A stretch of 63,848 nt of DNA, filler included, from Actinomycetota bacterium (GTDB lineage: Bacteria > Actinomycetota > Actinomycetes > JAKEEW01), in assembly GCA_046725875.1 (NCBI GenBank). It is 3 parts of 3 records of this genome, joined end to end, with 100 filler letters (N's around TTAATTAATTAA, not from the genome) between each part and the next. Parts side by side here need not be neighbours in the genome. Positions count along the whole stretch, not along the records: positions 55,496 to 63,848 come from JBKOZJ010000082.1; 2 more parts are not named here. One strand, given 5' to 3'. Positions 60,562-63,848 of this stretch are shown piece after piece; position 1 is the stretch's first letter; every line of letters begins with the position of its first letter. Below the pieces are notes generated by a model. That model did not search any database. It was not told where the DNA came from and was given only the letters and a program-made list of their open reading frames with translations. A program made the translations under genes and the position numbers.

Positions 60562-61014
60562 TTAGGCTGGATCCATGCCGTGCCGCGCCATCAGCGCGCG
60601 CTCCTGTTCCAATGTTGGTCGGATCGCATCCGCCCACAGCGTCTCCAGGTCCGCGAAGTAGGCGTCCAGTGCGGGACTGTGAATCACAAGCAGCCGTGCT
60701 GGCACCTTGGAGGTGTTGCCGAACGTGTGGGCGGCTCCCGCCGGCACCAGAACGAACGTCTCGGCTCCCCCGGAGGTCGTCTGCCCGTCGACGATGAAGG
60801 TGACGTCGCCGTCGAGAACGAAATACGCCTCGTCGTTGCCGGCGTGCCGGTGCGGCGGTGGCATTCGACCACCGGGTGGCAGCGTTCGCTCCATCAGCGA
60901 GAACCGCCCTGATGTGGTCTCCGCCATCGCCTTGAACAGCATGACGCTGCCGCGCGCCTCGCGCCGCACCCCCTCTCCCCGGCCGAAGATTACTGGCTGG
61001 ACCCGATCAACCAT
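60562..61014 (-). CDS. Cupin domain protein
   Basis: PPPHRH...EAYFVLDG, VP.GAAHTF.N. Confidence 0.88.
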   Translation of the reverse strand: MVDRVQPVIFGRGEGVRREARGSVMLFKAMAETTSGRFSLMERTLPPGGRMPPPHRHAGNDEAYFVLDGDVTFIVDGQTTSGGAETFVLVPAGAAHTFGNTSKVPARLLVIHSPALDAYFADLETLWADAIRPTLEQERALMARHGMDPA

Positions 61015-61274
61015 GCTGATCTCCTCTCGGCAGCCAGGCAGAACTAGGCCATCGACCGCGGTTCCTGCTCGGACCTGCGCCGCGCCGCCGGGCTGCTCGA
61101 GCCGTCGCCCGGCCCACCGAGGCTCGTGCCCCATCAGGTGAAGGCTTCGGAGCTTCGACGCTGATTCCTGCCGCGGCTCGACTTTGGGTGTGCTCTAAAT
61201 TCGAGCATCGTGGTCATGAGTGCTTCAACCCTGTTGACGACACGGCCGGCGAGCGCGTGCGGGCGGCTCGTGGG

Positions 61275-62033
61275 ATGGAGGGTTTCCCGGTGAGGGTGCT
61301 GGTGACTGGCGGGACGAGCGGCCTGGGCCTGGCCATGGCTTCGGCTCTGGCCGGGGCGGGGGCGACGGTCGTGCTGACCGGCCGATCCGGCCAGCGGGCG
61401 AGCTCGGTCGCCGCCGAACTACCGAGGGCGGTCGGCGTTGAGCTCGACGTGCGCGACGAGTCATCGGTGGTCGGGGCGGTCGACCAGGCGTGGTCGCTGC
61501 TCGGCGGCGTCGACATGCTGGTGAACAACGCCGGGATCGGCATGCGCACGGTCAACCCGCGCTTCATGACGCAGCCGCAAGCCTTCTGGGAGGTGCCGGT
61601 CGATGGCTTCCGTGCGGTGATCGAGACCAATCTGACCGGCTACTTCCTGGTGGCCCGCGAGGTCACGCCGCGGATGCTGACCGCCGGCGGCGGCCGCATC
61701 GTCAACATCTCGGTGAACCTTTCGACGATGCACCGGGCCGGGTATGTCCCCTACGGGCCGTCGCGCGCCGGCAGCGAGGCGCTGTCCAGGATCATGGCCG
61801 CCGACTTGCGGGATACCGGTGTCACCGTCAACCTGCTACTGCCCGGGGGCGCGACCGTCACCGGGATGCTGCCGCTGGACGCCGTGCCCGAGGGCCACGG
61901 GTTCCTCGAGCCCGCGGTGATGGGCCCGCCCATCCTCTGGCTGGCCTCCGACGATGCGGCCGGCGTGCATGACGAGCGGATCGTCGCCGTCGAGTTCGAG
62001 CGCTGGCTACGCGACAGGAACGGCAGCCGGTAA
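61275..62033 (+). CDS. SDR family oxidoreductase
   Basis: TGGTSGLG, NNAG, YGPSR (YxxxR variant of YxxxK). Confidence 0.88.
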   Translation: MEGFPVRVLVTGGTSGLGLAMASALAGAGATVVLTGRSGQRASSVAAELPRAVGVELDVRDESSVVGAVDQAWSLLGGVDMLVNNAGIGMRTVNPRFMTQPQAFWEVPVDGFRAVIETNLTGYFLVAREVTPRMLTAGGGRIVNISVNLSTMHRAGYVPYGPSRAGSEALSRIMAADLRDTGVTVNLLLPGGATVTGMLPLDAVPEGHGFLEPAVMGPPILWLASDDAAGVHDERIVAVEFERWLRDRNGSR

Positions 62034-62278
62034 GACGCGGCCGGCGGCCAAGCCCGCGAGGGAAGACGCACTCTCATCAGCCTAGGTCGGCTTGGGTCAA
62101 GGGTTTGGTCGGTGCTTCGCTCGTCGTCTGTCCCTGCGTACCGGATGATGGGTGGCGCATTGCGCTCGGTGATTTCCGTCGTCCGCCACGGGAGAACGGC
62201 CATCACCGGAGTGGCGCGCCGACACGATGCAGCATTGAGAAGATCATCATGCACATACGTTGCAGGCAGGAGGACCGC

Positions 62279-62842
62279 ATGCGCGCCACACGCATCATCG
62301 CCAACCTTCGAGTCCCTGACGTTGAGGCAGCGAAGAACTTCTACACCGACTTCCTCGGGCTAAGTACCGAGGAGTTCAACATGGGATGGGTGGCCCGCTA
62401 CACCAATCCCGACACCAGGGCGAACGTCCAGCTCGTAACGCGGGACGCAACCGCACCGGAAGACTCTGTCATTTCCGTCCACACGGATGACATCGAAGCT
62501 GCTTATGAAGATGCTCACAACCTCGGCTTCGAGATCGTGCACCCGATAACGACAGAGCCATGGGGGGTGCGCCGGTTCTTCGTCCGAGCACCCGACGGCA
62601 ACGTAATCAACATCGTGAACCATCGGGACTTAGCCCACACAGCGCTTGCGGATCTTGTGGGCGAGCCGGTCCGACCGCGGCGAGATGCTGACCTGGTAGG
62701 CCCAGCCGCCGAAGGTTCGTCGCCATGCCATCCCCGGGAACAGCAAAAAATGCGTGCCGACGATCACTCGGGCTCGGTCGCGTTGAGCCATAGATCGAAC
62801 ACGTGGCCGGCCGGGTCGATCAGTGCGCGGACGTCGTCTTGA
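62279..62842 (+). CDS. VOC/glyoxalase family protein; domain ends near 62630, stop apparently lost
   Basis: FYTDFLGL, EPWGVRRFFVRAPDGNVINI; GGAGG RBS. Confidence 0.8.
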   Translation: MRATRIIANLRVPDVEAAKNFYTDFLGLSTEEFNMGWVARYTNPDTRANVQLVTRDATAPEDSVISVHTDDIEAAYEDAHNLGFEIVHPITTEPWGVRRFFVRAPDGNVINIVNHRDLAHTALADLVGEPVRPRRDADLVGPAAEGSSPCHPREQQKMRADDHSGSVALSHRSNTWPAGSISARTSS

Positions 62843-63156
62843 GGTTGGTATTCGGCCAAACGCGCGCCGAGTCGCAGTGCATCTTCAACGGCGGCCTCGA
62901 GATCACGCACCTCAAAGTCGAGGTGGAACTGCATCTGCTGGTCTCCCGGTCCAGCCGGCCACACCGGCGGCTCGTACCCCTCGTTGGTCTGAAACGCCAG
63001 ATAGCCGTCTCTATCGCCGGGCTCGATAGTGACCCAATCCGCCTCCTGCGATCTGATCCGCCAGCCCAGAAGGTCGAGATAGAAACGAGCCAAGCCCTGG
63101 GCGTCCTTCGAGTCGAGCACGGCGCTCCATCGAGTCGAACCTGTGCGTCCACGCAT
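62764..63156 (-). CDS. VOC family (glyoxalase-like) protein
   Basis: LARFY.DLLGW, PPVWP...QQMQFHLDF.V, DPAGHVF. Confidence 0.88.
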   Translation of the reverse strand: MRGRTGSTRWSAVLDSKDAQGLARFYLDLLGWRIRSQEADWVTIEPGDRDGYLAFQTNEGYEPPVWPAGPGDQQMQFHLDFEVRDLEAAVEDALRLGARLAEYQPQDDVRALIDPAGHVFDLWLNATEPE

Positions 63157-63351
63157 GGGGTGACTCTTCCATAGCCTGCCCGAGCGGTGCACGTCCTGAC
63201 ATCCGCGGATCGTGGGTGTCTCCGGAGGTTGTCGGTCCGCGCCAGCTGGCTTCGGGTGCGAGCTGGTTAACCGCCGGCGCCGCGCAGCATTCTGCGGGGC
63301 TGGCAGCGGCAGTCCATGGGCAGCTGTGGTCGTACCCTGACCGGGGATGTC

Positions 63352-63645
63352 TCACTGGAACAGCTGGAAGTGCTCGAATGCCGGCTCGAATGAGGGGTCG
63401 GGCAGTCGCAGCGCCTGAACGCGCGGCCATCCCGTGGTTTCGTCGATCGTGCCGCGATCAAAGGCGCCGTGGATGACCTGCCATCCCATGTTGGTCTCGA
63501 AGTAGCGCGCCGCGGTGTGCACCGATGGCCACCAGTAGTCGTCCAGGATGATGAGCCCGCCCGGGCGGACGATCTTGCGGAGGAAGTACAGATCGACGAA
63601 TGCCTCATGGAACCGATGGCTGCCGTCGACGAACGCCGCGTCCGT
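63352..63645 (-). pseudogene. C-terminal fragment of class I SAM methyltransferase (Methyltransf_24-like)
   Basis: AFVDGSH.F...VDL...VRPGGLIILDD; SAM-binding N-terminus missing. Confidence 0.7.
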
Positions 63646-63848
63646 TCCATGTACCCGCTTTACCGCCAGTCTCTCGACCCGCGTGCGCATGGCGGTCGTG
63701 AGGGCCCACGCACCGCCCCTCGGCTGTGCGCACCCGAGCCTGCGTTGGGGCGTACGTGCACGAGCTGTGCCGCCACCTTGCTGGGTGCGAATCGGCCGTC
63801 GTTCAAGGCGGTGTCAAAGATCGCGACCGAGATCTGCCCGCCCGGTCG

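Noticed and set aside
1..63848. CRISPR array, rRNA, intact integrase or prophage
   Set aside because: No regularly spaced repeat-spacer array or corresponding genes seen

Overview
High-GC actinobacterial DNA made of three unrelated contigs joined by artificial N/TTAATTAATTAA linkers (1-24199, 24300-55395, 55496-63848), so adjacency across the linkers means nothing. Contig 1 is an accessory region. It holds two SigG/ECF56-like sigma factors with a repeated candidate promoter motif, many small enzymes and gene fragments, and a 3' half-tRNA with a CUA (amber) anticodon. It also holds a compact class I lanthipeptide cluster (lanA-lanC-lanB-short HlyD-like-C39/ABC exporter). Its 50-aa precursor is missing from the ORF track and has a LxLxKx5L/double-glycine leader and a polar Gly/Pro/Asn-rich core. 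A candidate Na+ riboswitch precedes a cation/H+ antiporter at the contig end. Contig 2 has the conserved actinomycete block dxs...fadB-fadA-rnd-LuxR-DUF3000-hemE-DUF4349-hemG-hemQ. Within it lie a sugar ABC operon and a putative N-methylamine catabolic regulon (Rieske oxygenase, GcvT-like protein, phytoene-desaturase-like flavoprotein, polar amino acid ABC transporter) tied together by a 20-bp palindromic operator found three times. Contig 3 has an IS110 remnant, acs-satP, a secreted GH3 and small enzymes. All calls come from reading motifs by eye; no database searches were run.
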